In this document: in pieces, positions 1 through 13,383 of the stretch
Layout: each line of letters starts with the position of its first letter
Position numbering within the stretch: position 1 is the first letter of the stretch
Origin: Octopus vulgaris
Taxonomy: Eukaryota
DNA: 64,000 nt
Direction of reading: 5' to 3'
Assembly (NCBI GenBank): GCA_951406725.2
Contig: OX597836.1
Location: forward strand, 10,788,001 to 10,852,000
Program-made: the position numbers and the translations under genes
The notes under the pieces: model-generated
What the model was told of the DNA's origin: nothing
What the model saw: only the letters and a program-made list of their open reading frames with translations
Databases searched by the model: none

Positions 1-574
1 GATTGTCTGTGTTATCAGTGCTTTTTATCTTTCTTTCTTCGTGAATAACAACGAGAACTGTAAGAGATAAAATGGACAATGAAGAATGAAAAGAGACGAG
101 AGAAGAGAAAGAGAACGATAGAGAAAGATAGACAGATAGGTAGAGATAGAGAGAGAGAGAGACAGAAAGAGAGACAGAGAGAGAGACAGAGAAAGGATAT
201 ATATCTCCAGAATAGATGGCAATGATAAAAATAATGCAAACAAACCTTCATTGAAAGAGAGAATATAATTCAATAAAAATAATATTCCACTGCAAGATGA
301 AGGCTACTTAATATCCTGTTATTTGTTATGATTCGCTGAAGATCAATTTATTCGCGGCAAATTTATGCAGACCAACAACTCAAATATACCGACGCAACAA
401 GATGTAGAAAAAGCGCGCAGTACGCACACATACAAACACACATACAGATACAAACACACACGCACGCATACATACACTCGCACAGAAATTATAGACACTT
501 TTTAATATACGCATATATATATATATATATATGCGTATTTTAAAAATATGCATATATATATATATGTATGTATG

Positions 575-608
<34 letters not shown>

Positions 609-652
609 TGTATGTATGTATGTATGTATGTGTATGTGTGTGTGTGTTTGTG

Positions 653-693
<41 letters not shown>

Positions 694-821
694 ATATGTG
701 TATGTATATATATATATCCATATACTCAATAAATATTTTTGAATGCATGTGTTTATATGTGCACAAGCATACACACACACACACATAAATATGATTGCAT
801 CTCTCCATCTATCTATCCATG

Positions 822-907
<86 letters not shown>

Positions 908-908
908 C

Positions 909-954
<46 letters not shown>

Positions 955-1045
955 GTCTGTCTGTCTCTGTCTGTGTATCTGTCTGCCTGTCTCTATACAC
1001 GCATGTCAGGTTGTGTATACATACACGTGTATACACACATATATA

Positions 1046-1893
1046 CGGGATCTGATCAATATGTATCCGATCTGTTGCCATAGTAACGAAGCTAAAACAC
1101 GTAGAGAAAAGCCGCTTGGCACAGATTGATACTGAACACTATTGTGCATGCGCACTAAATTTTAACTTCCTAGCTCACTTCCGCTGTTTACAGCAGTGCT
1201 TAGAGTGAAGGTATGTAGCGTGTGATCGTCGCATTGACCATGACAGAAAGTTGAGCAGAGAATCTGCATCAAATTTGGTCAAAAACATGGCGATACCTGC
1301 TCAGAAGCCTACGTAAAGTTTTCAAGACGAAGTTTTCATCGTTCTCGACGCAATCAAGGAGATATTGTGCATCTGAAACCCGAGTATCCTTTTGGTCAGC
1401 CGAAAGCAGTTTTTGCACAAACATGGCAGATACGCGCCTCATACCCAAATCTTCATTGATAATGGACTGAACTGAAACGTAACAAATCTGCACATCTTCC
1501 GTTTACTCACGGATGGTGATTCGACAATTTCCCCTTACAGCTGCTCGCACATCTGCGATGTTTTTTCTCAGTTCTGCTTGTTGCTGGTCTCCCAGAACGT
1601 TCGTCAATATCGACGTTTTTTTCGTCTATCTTGAAAACGTCTGAACCACTCGTGCACTTGTGTGCGGCTCAAACACTCCTCTCCATACGCTTTGCGTAGG
1701 CCTCTGTCATGCTCAGTGCGACGATCACTCAGTGCGACGATCACTCACTGCACATCTTCTTTCTAAGCACCGCTGTAAGCAGCGGAAGTGAGTTAGAGCG
1801 TCAAAACTTACTGCGCATGCACAGCAGAGTTCAAGGTCAATCTTTCTCAAGCAGCTTTACTCTGCGTGCTTTAGATCCGTTACTATGGCAACA
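1046..1893 (-). mobile_element. Decayed mariner transposon derivative with two inward-facing 5' ends
   Basis: Minus strand ~1700-1320 translates, with frameshifts and a stop, to AYGEECLSRTQVHEWFRRF...DERSGRP...ITIRE...DLGMRRVSAMFVQKLL, the mariner N-terminal HTH region with a WVPK-like motif. Plus strand ~1253-1318 gives EQRICIKFGQKHGDTCSEAY. 1073-1247 is an imperfect inverted repeat of 1703-1893. The left end starts TA-CGGGATCTGATCAATA. Confidence 0.85.
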
Positions 1894-1929
1894 AGTATAA
1901 GAGTAAAAGAGTAATATGCAAATAACAAA

Positions 1930-1975
1930 CGGCGGTACATCAGCATGGCCGCAGCTCTGAGCTGAAACTAGAGAG
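1930..1975 (+). mobile_element. Isolated LINE/SINE 3'-terminal stub
   Basis: GGCGGTACATCAGCATGGCCGCAGCTCTGAGCTGAAAC resembles the 3' end of the LINE at ~35242-35282 and of SINE-B. Confidence 0.5.
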
Positions 1976-2190
1976 AAAACAAAATGACTAACGTGTAGGA
2001 GCGAGCTCCGTACGAAGTTGGCTTAAATCTGTAATCAAGGATGTAATCAGGATTTAAGGAACAGCAAAAATATGAATGAAAATTGCTTCTTAATGTAAAT
2101 CATTTCAGGACGCCGAAATATTTCTCTCATACATGGAACTGAGTCGCTGTCAAGTACAGTGTCACAGAAAGATGCGTGTGTGAAAATATA

Positions 2191-2606
2191 TATTTGTTTA
2201 CTATCCGCAAGGGGCCAAACTTAGAGGGGACAAACAAAGACAGACGAAGGGATTAAGTCGATTATATCAACCCCAGTGCGTAACTGGTACTTAATTTATC
2301 GACCCCGAAAGGATGAAAGGCAAAGTCGACCTCGGCAGAATTTGAACTCAGAACGTAACGGCAGGCGAAATACCTATTTCTTTACTGCCATCAAGGGGCT
2401 ACACACAGAGGGGACAAACAAGGACAGACAAGCGGATTAAGTCGATTACATCGACCCCAGTACGTAACTGGTACTTAATTTATCGACCCCGGAAGAAAAA
2501 AGTCAAAGTCGACCTCGGCGGAATTTGAACTCAGAACGTAACAGCAGACGAAATACCACTAAGTATCCCGACGGACGTGCTAATGTTTCTGCTAGCTTGT
2601 CACTTT
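2191..2606 (-). mobile_element. tRNA-derived SINE family A, dimer (one head, two bodies)
   Basis: B-box GAGTTCAAATTCC and central GCCTTTCATCCTTTCGGGGTCGATAAATTAAGTACCAG, which resembles the MetaSINE domain from recall. Flanked by a 16-bp TSD CGTGTGTGAAAATATA at 2175-2190 and 2607-2622. Confidence 0.9.
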
Positions 2607-3387
2607 CGTGTGTGAAAATATAAACACGCGGAGATGCTATTGACCTATACAAGAATTGCAATACGCGAGAATGCGATGTCGCTACAGGGGAAAAACTGAG
2701 CACAAATAATAATCATATATGCAGTCTCATTTGTACACAAATACACATAAATGTAATGTTTATATAGTTCACACATGCACTCGTACATTTCGTACATGAA
2801 CAAGAGAACATACAACGCAGAGTGTTTAAACAAGTTAAACAAGACGAATAATAATAATAACAATAAATATAAGAGGCAACACGTTTCGTTTTAAATAGAG
2901 AGAAACAACAGATGTGCTTGGTAATAAAACTTCGAAAGCAAATAAAGGTGAAGGATTGTCCATGAGTCTGAGGCACTCGAGATATAAAAACGATAAGAGC
3001 ACACACCCAGAGACGGTGTTCTGCCAAAATGTTAACACTGAACATGTCATTGCCCAAGCGACAAACAAAATCGAAAGAGTATTTCTTTATTCACCATAAG
3101 GTTGAGAAAAAGAGGGGAGAAAACAAATATTGGGGTCAGGGTATCAAATGAGACGAAATGTATGAATAAACAAACTATTAAAATATATACAATTAAATGA
3201 GAATAAGTGATTAACAAAAAATGAAGCGGAGGACGCGGTCGACCCCACAAACCACATACTCACACTGAAGACTTTGCTTTCTCCTTTTTTACATTCTCGT
3301 TTAAACAGGTTCCTTCACTCGTAACATACTTGCTATAGACTTCCATCTTTTACGAAACACACTTTGCGACAGGTATTTCTTCTCCAG

Positions 3388-3515
3388 CCTTATTGGTGGA
3401 CGGATGAGGACTACATCGAAGTGTTATATACATTCTACACTGCAAAAATATACCTAGGAAATACAGGGATAACAGGAGAAACATACCAAATATGGAGAAG
3501 GAGAAATATTGATAG
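3388..3515 (+). pseudogene. Possible N-terminal remnant of an R4/Dong-type retrotransposon ORF
   Basis: Translation WTDEDYIEVLYTFYTA...TYQIWRRRN resembles the N-terminal region of R4/Dong ORFs. Same strand as, and upstream of, the clearer fragment at 4317. Confidence 0.4.
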
Positions 3516-3649
3516 AGGGTGGTGGTGGTGTCTTGGGGAATACTCTTGCGAATGTCTGGCGATATGTCCTCAAGAGGGAAAAGTACCCCAAACTGAAATA
3601 AACAAATTAATATATAAAATACACACGGAAAATAAAACAAAACACCTCA

Positions 3650-3880
3650 TATTTCCTTATTACCCACAAGGGTCTAAACACAGAGGCGACAAACAAGGAC
3701 AGACAAAGGGATTAAGTCGATTACATCGACCCCAGTGCGTAACTGGTACTTAATTTATCGACCCCGAAAGGATGAAAGGCAAAGTCGACCTCGGCGGGAT
3801 TTGCGCTTGGAACGTAATGACAGACGAAATATGGCTACGCACTTCACCCGGTGTGCTAACGTTTCTGCCAGCTGGCCGCC
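3650..3880 (-). mobile_element. SINE family A monomer
   Basis: Full head, body and tail match the other SINE-A copies. Confidence 0.9.
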
Positions 3881-4316
3881 TCATAACTGAAAACAATGGG
3901 TCGGAATCAGGCAAAACCAGCATATCAAATATTATATCTCCGAAAACGCATAAGAAAAGACAAAAGAAAGAAGGAAACACAAGGGAGACAACACTGCAAA
4001 CAGTAAATAAAAGGCTTAAGCCAAAGTAAACTCTTTACACTGCTACCCAAGCCCGAAATAAGTAGAAAAGTACAGCGAATCAACAACACAAATTGACAGG
4101 CAAATACTGAAGCACAAAACAATAACAAACAAAATAACACACATCATAACAGACCAGCAATAACCGAGGACTGAGACGAATCGACTGAAGAAATAGCAAA
4201 TGTAGAAGAAGAACTAAACATCACACAGTCGTTTACCAGAGTAAACGTCTCTTCAGGGTACAGAAAAAAATTATACAGTTCTATGAAAGGATAGATAAAT
4301 ACCTATGCTCCAATAG

Positions 4317-4733
4317 AAGCTAAATGGTCGCTATAAGATTAGAGCAATTAACACGTGGGCAGTTGCTTTGATGAGATGTGGGGCAGGAATAGTTTCTTGG
4401 AAGAAGCATGAACTACAAGAGATAGACCGCAGAACACATACATTGATGACAATGAACAAGGAACTATACCTCAAGAGTGATGCGACAAGATTGTAAGGGG
4501 GGAAGAAGGAGGACGGGGATTAGTCTCTTTTACTCTTTTACTTGTTTCAGTCATTTGACTGCGGCCATGCTGGAGCACCGCCTTTAGTCGAGCAAATCGA
4601 CCCCGGGACTTATTCTTTGAAAACCCAGTACTCATTCCATCGGTCTCTTTTGCCGAACCGCTAAGTTACGGGGACGTAAACACACCAGCATCGGTTGTCA
4701 AACAATGCTAGGAGGACAAACACAGACACACAA

Positions 4734-4764
<31 letters not shown>

Positions 4765-5030
4765 CATATATACGACAGGCTTTCAGTTTCCGTCTACCAA
4801 ATCCACTCACAAGGCATTGGTCGGCCCGGGGCTATAGCAGAAGACACTTGCCCAAGATGCCACGCAGTGGGACTGAACCCGGAACTATGTGGTTGGTTAG
4901 CAAGCTACTTATCACACAGCCACTCCTGCGCCTATATGTAAATGTTGTAAATGTTGTGTAAAGGAAGAGGAGAATAGCCTTGCTTGGTATGTCAAGGGGA
5001 GTAAAGAAGAAACGATTGAAGCAGTGTAAA
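4317..5030 (+). pseudogene. Decayed R4/Dong-type retrotransposon ORF fragment interrupted by a SINE
   Basis: KLNGRYKIRAINTWAVALMRCGAGIVSWKKHELQEIDRRT...KSDATRL*...EGGRGLV aligns by eye with LNAKNKIIGINTLAVPV...KSDIERLY...EGGRGLI of the 57511-59388 ORF. It resumes after the SINE as CVKEEENSLAWYVK. Confidence 0.8.
4525..4932 (-). mobile_element. tRNA-derived SINE family B, full length, with internal (TA)n/(TG)n
   Basis: Head GGCGCAGGAGTGGCTGTG...GGTTCAGTCCC, CORE-like CTTGGGCAAGTG, internal microsatellite, and 3' GGCGGTGCTCCAGCATGGCCGCAGTCAAATGACTGAAAC followed by a GTAAAAGA repeat tail. Confidence 0.9.
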
Positions 5031-6134
5031 TGCAAGGGACCTTGAAAGTGGAGGAAGCCGTAGATCCAACACAATTTAAGTATGAAGCGAAAGTAGTAAA
5101 CGAAGCAATAGTAGTAAAAGCTCCACCACTTGGCCTAAAGCGCTCATCTTAAACGTCGAAACAAGCGGTGAAGTAATTGCGCAGGAATAATCGCTAGCCC
5201 CTCTACCATCAACCGTAAATTATTTAACATAAAGTACGAACATTCACTATACCCGCATAAAAGTAAAAGAAAGACAAAACGTTGTCCAGGCTATAACAAC
5301 CAAATAGCAAGTAACGCTTAAAACAACGTCTAAAAAAACTGTAACTACAATAGATCAAAGCACTACCCCTTCAGCAAAAATTGCCCCCCTTCCATCTCTC
5401 CAAAATACAACAAAATACACTTTTTCCATAATAGATGCAGAAGGAACACAGTTTATGTATTGAATTATATTTGAAAAGTACGAGAGAATAATATGAATAT
5501 AAACATAAATATAAATATAAACTGAGCAATATGAATATAGACAAAGCAGGCCATTACTTCTACGTTTTAGCCGCAGAAAAACATTACAGCATTTGCAAAA
5601 CAAATATACTTGTCAATGAAAGAAATGAGGCGCTGTTATGTTGCAGATACAAGCATGAATTCATTTCTATGTATTGCTACGCATCGCAAAAAGGGCAGAG
5701 GTCCGATGATGCAGCAACAGCAGAAGTAACAGTGACGTCATGACAATGACAAAGTCAACGAAAGAAGGAAAAGTAACTGACATTTAAACGCCGGAAAAGG
5801 CAATCTCGTTAGATAAAAAAAATATATAACACTTCATCAGAATATATTAAAAGCATCGTAAGGTACTTCAGATACATACATACATACATACACACATACA
5901 TACACACACATACATACATACATTCACACATACATTCACACAAAAATATGTATATATATATATATATATATAATTCATAGTGATGTATACAGAGCGACAC
6001 CTTTGACAAAACAGGATATGAATGACGTAACCGAATGGCATATAAGAATATACTCTACATCACGTGATACATTGAATACCCTATGCTTCTTAGGAGGTAA
6101 ATGGTAACATTTGCATTGCTGTATGAATGCATGC

Positions 6135-6225
<91 letters not shown>

Positions 6226-6356
6226 GAATATTTAACAATGCCTATGTCCTTCGTATATGCATGGAGACACATACGTACATACACATAGTTACAAATGCAC
6301 ACGTACATAAATACTTATCTTGAAAATCCACAGTCATACGCACACAAGTATATACA

Positions 6357-6433
<77 letters not shown>

Positions 6434-6463
6434 CTATCATACATACTTATGTACTATATTCGT

Positions 6464-6500
<37 letters not shown>

Positions 6501-6558
6501 TATAGTATATATATAAATATATATAGTATATATATATATACATACATACATACATACA

Positions 6559-6594
<36 letters not shown>

Positions 6595-6605
6595 TATGTA
6601 CATAC

Positions 6606-6642
<37 letters not shown>

Positions 6643-6799
6643 AATATATGTATATCTTCTTGCAAACGTTGAAGTGTAAATAATTGTTCATAACAAAGCG
6701 ATATGTTGTTTTCTATCCGATATTGTCTTCTCCTTCTCTCATCTGTATAACTTATGTTGTAAAATATAAAACACAAGACACAAGAAAGCAAAAAAAAAA

Positions 6800-6830
<31 letters not shown>

Positions 6831-7189
6831 CACACACACAAAATATCGAAAACTTACAAATTTTTATCCATCAGAACCACAAATAGTAAACGGGGGAGAA
6901 AATACAACAAAAGCAGTGTGTCGGCTGCTTATTTACCGTAGCAGAAGATCTAATTGAATACACCTCTCCCATCCTTACCCAGATATTATACTGGTTTATA
7001 TACGCTGATTGTTTCGTCATTGAGGCGTAACTGCTATTTATATACACTCATATTTGCTTGATTTATTGAGACATAGCTGTAATCTATATTCATTCGTTTC
7101 TACTATTTCATGTATTATGTTGTTATTCATGGCTTAGCTTTGGATATACGCTGTTATATGGGTTTGTTTCTGAAAACTTCCTGAAGACT

Positions 7190-7965
7190 TTTGCTAGGCT
7201 TAAGTACCGTGGTTTTCGTAGCAGATTAAAACCATCACTTTCATTCGTCTGCCTGTCATGGTTTTCATTAGCTATAACACCACATCATTTTGCTGATCTC
7301 AGTATCTTGGCGTTCGCTGTCTATGTATTATGTTTTATATTAATCTTAGTAACATGACGACCATTGCTCTCAAAAAAAAAAGAAGAAAAATGAAATGACT
7401 TCTGCTTGTCTTAGTTTTGTGACTTCAGTTGCACTTCGTTCCACATCTTACACAGATCTTAGTCATATAAATTTCTCTGTCTTATTATGAAATCTGAACT
7501 TAATATCATTGCTTACTTTGGCTTTATTATCATCACTTACTCTACTCTTAGTATCATGACAACCAGGGGCCTACGAACCATGAGGTCTTAATGCTATGAC
7601 TTAGACCTATCCTTAGAACTAGAGTTCTTAAAACTATGACTTTCGGTGCACCTAATACTATGATTCAATTGGTCTTAGTGCAATGACTTTCAGTGGTCTT
7701 AGTACCAAACTTTCAATAATTTTATGGCTTTCATTGGTCTTAATAACCATGATTTTACTTGTCTTAATCTCATAACTTTCCGCGGTCTCTGTACTATGAC
7801 TTTCGCTGGCATTACTTGTATCGGTCTAAATACATATGATGCAGTAGGGTTTTGCTGGTCTTAGTACTATGTTTTCTACTGCTATTATTGTGATGCAATT
7901 CCCTGAGACTGTCAATCATGAATCACTTGTCTAAATTTATAACTTTCCTGGTCTTCCTATCATGG
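7190..7965. repeat. Highly degenerate ~24-bp minisatellite
   Basis: Recurring unit approximating GGTCTTAGTACTATGACTTTCACT, clearest between 7670 and 7880. Confidence 0.7.
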
Positions 7966-8639
7966 ACAGAAAAAATAGTGTTTCCAGAGAGAAAGTGAAG
8001 ACAATCAGATGGAGAAATGTCAAACGTATCATTACACACACACACACACAAGAAAAATTTTAGTGCAGATTATACTCCATATTTAGTACAACTGATTTTT
8101 TGTGCTCGTTTATGAGTTAAGGAGTAATCAAATTTTTAGTAGAAGATAAAAAATTTCGGTTGTTAGTAATTTACATCCAAATAAACGAAATAATGCTTCC
8201 AGTGATGTTTATAAGACGTGATTGGATGGGATACGTTGTTCCATACATGTACTTTTAGGATCAATAAATATATGTATATTAAAAATTGAAATAATAATAA
8301 AGAATAATAAAAATAATAGAATATAAATGAAGTAAAACATAAGATCATAAGAAACGTGTGTAAATACATGTATTCGAGGGAGAACAAAAATTGTAAACAA
8401 TTTTTAGTTCAGCAATACGAGATATAATGTAAGTAAAAATCAGTTAAAAACCTCCAACGAGGTTTTAGAAAGTATTAAAGGGTTGTAGAAATAGTCAGAG
8501 TTCAGCTCCATCGAAATAATATTTTCTCCTTCAGGGTTCAATGTTCGTGTTAAAGTACAGTTAAATTCTGCATGATGAATTCCTATTGGTGGGTGGACGT
8601 CGAATGGCTAAATAATTAAAAAAATTAAAAATATAATTG

Positions 8640-8706
<67 letters not shown>

Positions 8707-8733
8707 ATATATATGTATAGATATGTATATATA

Positions 8734-9086
8734 GGCGTAGGAGTGGCTGTGTGGTAAATGGCTTGCTAACGAATGCTATGCTTCTTAGGAGGTAAATGTG
8801 AGAGGATTTGGTAGACGGAAACTGAGAGAAGCCCATCGTATATATGTATATATATGTGTGTATGTGTGTGTATTTGTTTGTGTGTCTGTGTTTGTCCCCC
8901 CAACATTGATTGACAACCGATGCTGGTATGTTTATGTCCCCGTAACTTTGCGGTTCGGCAAAAGAAACATATAGAATAAGTACTAGGCTTTCAAAGAATA
9001 AGTCCTGGGGTCGATTTGGTCGACTAAAGGCGGTGCTCCAGCATGGCCACAGTCAAATGACTGAAGCAAGTAAAATAGTAAAGAGT
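8734..9086 (+). mobile_element. SINE family B with an internal deletion
   Basis: Head, internal microsatellite and 3' tail match 4525-4932. Confidence 0.9.
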
Positions 9087-9129
9087 GTATACATAGTGTA
9101 TACACACACAAACACACACAACACACACA

Positions 9130-9202
<73 letters not shown>

Positions 9203-9644
9203 AAGTTGATAAAAGAAAATGGAGAAGAAAATATATAATAGATACTTGGTTCATTTTATTTGTATTACAATGGAAAAGTAACGAGGCGAGGAAATCGACA
9301 GGCCCCCCTTCCCTAAAATTTCAGCCTTTGTGCCTTTACTGAAAAGGATTATTTATTTGTCATTATACACGTCCCATTTAATAACTGTAGTTACAAAATT
9401 TGTACATGAAGCTCAAAGCATGCAAGGTTTATCTTATTAGAAATTCTGCAGACAGAGAATCAAACAATATGTTTCTAACGTATCTGACTGAACAAATTTT
9501 GACATATCTTCCATGTACAATTTTGTAATTCCTGTTTCTTAACGAAGCATGCGTGAACAATTAATGCCAAAAGTTTTTCTAATCTACAGTTTTAATATAT
9601 AATTAATCTGAATACATATTTTCCAGTATTTTCAATTCTTATGC

Positions 9645-9865
9645 ATACCTCACATAAATATAATATCTAAATTGATTTGGAATACTGAAAGTAGCAGATG
9701 CGCTTCGAGAGGACGCCGCAGTTTGGGTTTTAACTCTCTCTGTTTCCGAAGAAGAGCGTCTGCTCGAAACATTAATCCATCTTTCTTCCCTTCCCTGAAC
9801 GTCCGCTAATACTTTACATGTACCACCTCCTCGCGTTGTGTTTTTGTTCTTCATTTTCGGATTTA

Positions 9866-9868
<3 letters not shown>
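9645..9868 (+). mobile_element. Penelope-like terminal repeat relic with a degenerate hammerhead motif
   Basis: CCGAAGA-A-GAGC-GTCT-GCTC-GAAA-CA-TT at 9746-9773. The 3' part resembles family D and abuts (TA)n. The left boundary is approximate. Confidence 0.5.
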
Positions 9869-9958
<90 letters not shown>

Positions 9959-10140
9959 GAGAGACCGAGAGAGAGATTTTGTGTGGCTTTCCGAATTATA
10001 TTTTAGCTCTTCTTTCTAGCAATTGCAGGAGCTATTTTGAACCCTCATTGATGAATTTTGCCTTTCTGCTTTTAATTGCTATATCTACCAATATTATAGT
10101 GTATTTAATATTATATTAATATTATAGTGTATTTAATATT

Positions 10141-10257
10141 TCGTGGAGCTTAGTTGTTTTTGTTCAATAAACACTCACAATACCCGGTCTGGGAATCGAA
10201 ACTGCGATACTCCGACCGCAAGTCCGCTGCCCTAACCACTGGGCGATTGCGCCTCCA
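10141..10257 (-). mobile_element. tRNA-derived SINE family C, 5' part
   Basis: Reverse complement reads GGCGCAATCGCCCAGTGGTTAGGGCAGCGGAC...GTTTCGATTCC (A and B boxes) and matches 30545-30839. Confidence 0.8.
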
Positions 10258-10744
10258 GTTGCTGTTGCTGATGTTGTTGGAGTTATTATATGAAAGAAAG
10301 TGCCAAACTTCACGGGAATGAAGTTAAGATAACTTTGACAGAAGAACGAAACTGACGGCAGAAGAGGGAATAAAGTAAAGTTAAAAAGTAAAGAGATTTA
10401 ATTGAAAAGAAGAACAGAAAATCAAGTCTTTCATTTTTCCGTGGAGTATCGTCAGCTGGTGACTTCACGGATGATTTAAGGTATGATAGAATCAACAAAG
10501 TTATTATAACTGAACGGGAATACATTGCGGTATTTTGTTTATGGTATTATATATATTTTTTTATGTGTTGCTGTTCTTGTTTTTTTTTTGTTTTTGTTTT
10601 TGTTTTGCTTTAAACAATATAACCAGGAAGACACAAACGTGTAACAAAAATAAGAAAAGTAAAAAAAAAAAAATGAAAGATAATATAAGATAACATATAC
10701 TTGAATGGATAAAACAAGAAACAAAAAGCCCTTAATTCATACAC

Positions 10745-10785
<41 letters not shown>

Positions 10786-10841
10786 CACTCTTCCACACAT
10801 ATAAACCTATACATACATGTATATACCTATATATGCATATG

Positions 10842-10904
<63 letters not shown>

Positions 10905-11053
10905 GTATATATATGTATATATATATATATACATATATGTATATATATGTATATATGTATATATATGTGTATATATATATATATGTATATATTTATATAT
11001 ATGAATATATATAAATAAAGATGTATATATATATATATATATATATATGTACA

Positions 11054-11145
<92 letters not shown>

Positions 11146-11665
11146 TATATATATTTATATAAGTGTGTGTGTATGTAGGTATGTATGTATATATATCGAT
11201 ATATATAACGAAGGGAAATGAGGAAAATGGAAGGTATATAAACAAAAGAGATAAGGAAAAAATAAATTAACAATAAATAAAATCTAAGAGAAAATATATT
11301 CAATTTCCTTATTATTTTAAAAGCCTCCAGCCAACTGTACATGTCCCATTCATAGCTATTTTAAGAAGAAAATACACCTGAGCTATTTCCATATCAATGT
11401 AGAGGAAAAACAGAAGAAGAGCTCTGCTGATAAAATAACTGGGTGCAGAGAACCAGCGTAAATAAATGAATAAATAAATAGATATATATATAAATATAAG
11501 TAAAGAAGAAAGAGGAAAAAAACAAGAACCCAACGATCTCGGTGCGCTTAACGTGATAATGTAAGGCTGAATGAGTTGATATATTATATATTAAGAAAGA
11601 TATGGTTTAAGTATGTAGTATAAAAGCAATGTAAACAACAGCGTGTTAATAATATGTTTAGAGAA

Positions 11666-12605
11666 AGCGGCGAGCTGGTAGAAACGTTAGCACGCCGGGC
11701 GAAGTGCGTAGCCGTATTTCATCTGCCGTTACGTTCTGAGTTCAAATTCCGTCGTGGTCGACTTTGCATTTCATCCTTTCAGGGTCGATTAAATTAAGTA
11801 CCAGTTACGCACTGGTGTCGATATAATCGACTTAATCCGTTTGTCTGTCTTTTATTGTCCTCTCTGTGTGTAGCCCCTTGATGGTAGTAAAGAAATAGGC
11901 ATTTCGTCTACCGTTACGTTCTGAGTTCAAATTCCGCCGAGGTTGACTTTGCCTTTCATCCAATCGGGGTCGATTAAATAAGTACCAGTTACGCACTGGT
12001 GTCGATATAATCGACTTAGTCCGTTTGGCTGTCCTTGGTTGTCCCCTCTGTGTGTAGCCCCTTGTGGGCAGTAAAGAAATAGGTATTTCGTCTGCCGTTA
12101 CGTTCTTAGTTCAAATTCCGCCGTGGTCGACTTTGCCTTTCATCCTTTCGGGGTCGATAAATAAAGTACCAGTTACGCACTGGGGTCGATGTAAACGACT
12201 TAGTCCGATTGTCTGTCCTTATTTGTCCCCTCTGTGTGTAGCCCCTTGATGGCAGTAAAGAAATAAGTATTTCGTCTGCCGTTACGATCTGAGTTCAAAT
12301 TCCGCCGAGGTCGACTTTGCCTTCCATCCATTCGGGGTCGATAAATTAAGTATCAGTTACGCACTGGGGTCGATGTAATCGACTTAATTCCTTTGTCCAC
12401 TCTATGTTTAGCCCCTTGTGAGTAGTAAAGATATAGGTATTTCGTCTCTCTTTACGTCCTCAGTTCAAATTCCACAGAGATCGACTCTGCTTTCATCCTT
12501 TCAGGGTCGATAAATTAAGTATCAGTTGTGTACTAGGCTCGATCTAATCGACTGTCCCCCCTTCTCCCAAAACCTCGGGCCTTGTGTGTAGAATAGAAAA
12601 GAAAG
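11666..12605 (+). mobile_element. SINE family A concatemer: one head plus five tandem bodies
   Basis: Bodies start at ~11714, 11899, 12083, 12267 and 12437 (~184-bp period, fourth shorter). Junction consensus GAAATAG/GTATTTCG. The last unit has a different tail. Confidence 0.92.
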
Positions 12606-12934
12606 GTATTTGCGTGCAAAATAACGTAGGCAAAATGGAAAATTTGAGATTCTGGTGAGGAGCAGCAACTCCGAGTATTATTTACCCACTCAGACCAGGG
12701 TACCTGTGTCTAGCTTTACCCACCGCCAGGGCTCCTGAGCTAAAGATTAAATAGTTTCATACGCAGCTGAAGGGTTACAATTGCAGGTAAATTAAAGGAC
12801 AAAAAGCACACACACACACACACACAAAAAAGAAATCGGGGGAGAATAACCATAATTGGGAAGTACTGTTTGTCGCCATTCCAACGTGGCTTTTCCATCG
12901 ACTCTACCACCATATCACTGCCTCTCAGTAACAT

Positions 12935-13260
12935 CCACCACCACCACCACCACCACCACCACTACTACTACGACTACCATCAGTAACCATCACAACACAC
13001 CATTACTACCACCACCACCACCACCTCCACCACCACGAGCACCACCACCAGGAACACTACCACCACTGCTACAACTACCTTCACGATCACAATTGTCACC
13101 ACCATTCCAACACCAAAACAACAACACCGAAACTACTACGAAAACTAATCTACTGACCACCACCACAACCACCACCCGCAATACCACCGACACCATCATC
13201 ATAACCACTACCACCACCAAAATATCAGCGACGATCAAAACCATCACAACAATAACAACA
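12935..13260. repeat. Degenerate (CAC/CAA)n low-complexity tract
   Basis: Directly visible trinucleotide repeat. Confidence 0.9.
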
Positions 13261-13304
13261 ACTCCATATTGATTTCAGATAGTGGCTCCAGTCCAAATTA
13301 TATC

Positions 13305-13383
<79 letters not shown>

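Noticed and set aside
5733-5740. CRE palindrome TGACGTCA (another near 36278)
   Set aside because: An 8-mer is expected by chance in 64 kb and there is no supporting promoter evidence.
11666-12605. CRISPR-like regularly spaced array
   Set aside because: The units are whole ~184-bp SINE bodies with no unique spacers. There are no cas genes and the context is eukaryotic.
12856-13272. Proline/threonine-rich mucin-like ORF
   Set aside because: It coincides with a degenerate (CAC)n tract and has no convincing exon boundaries.
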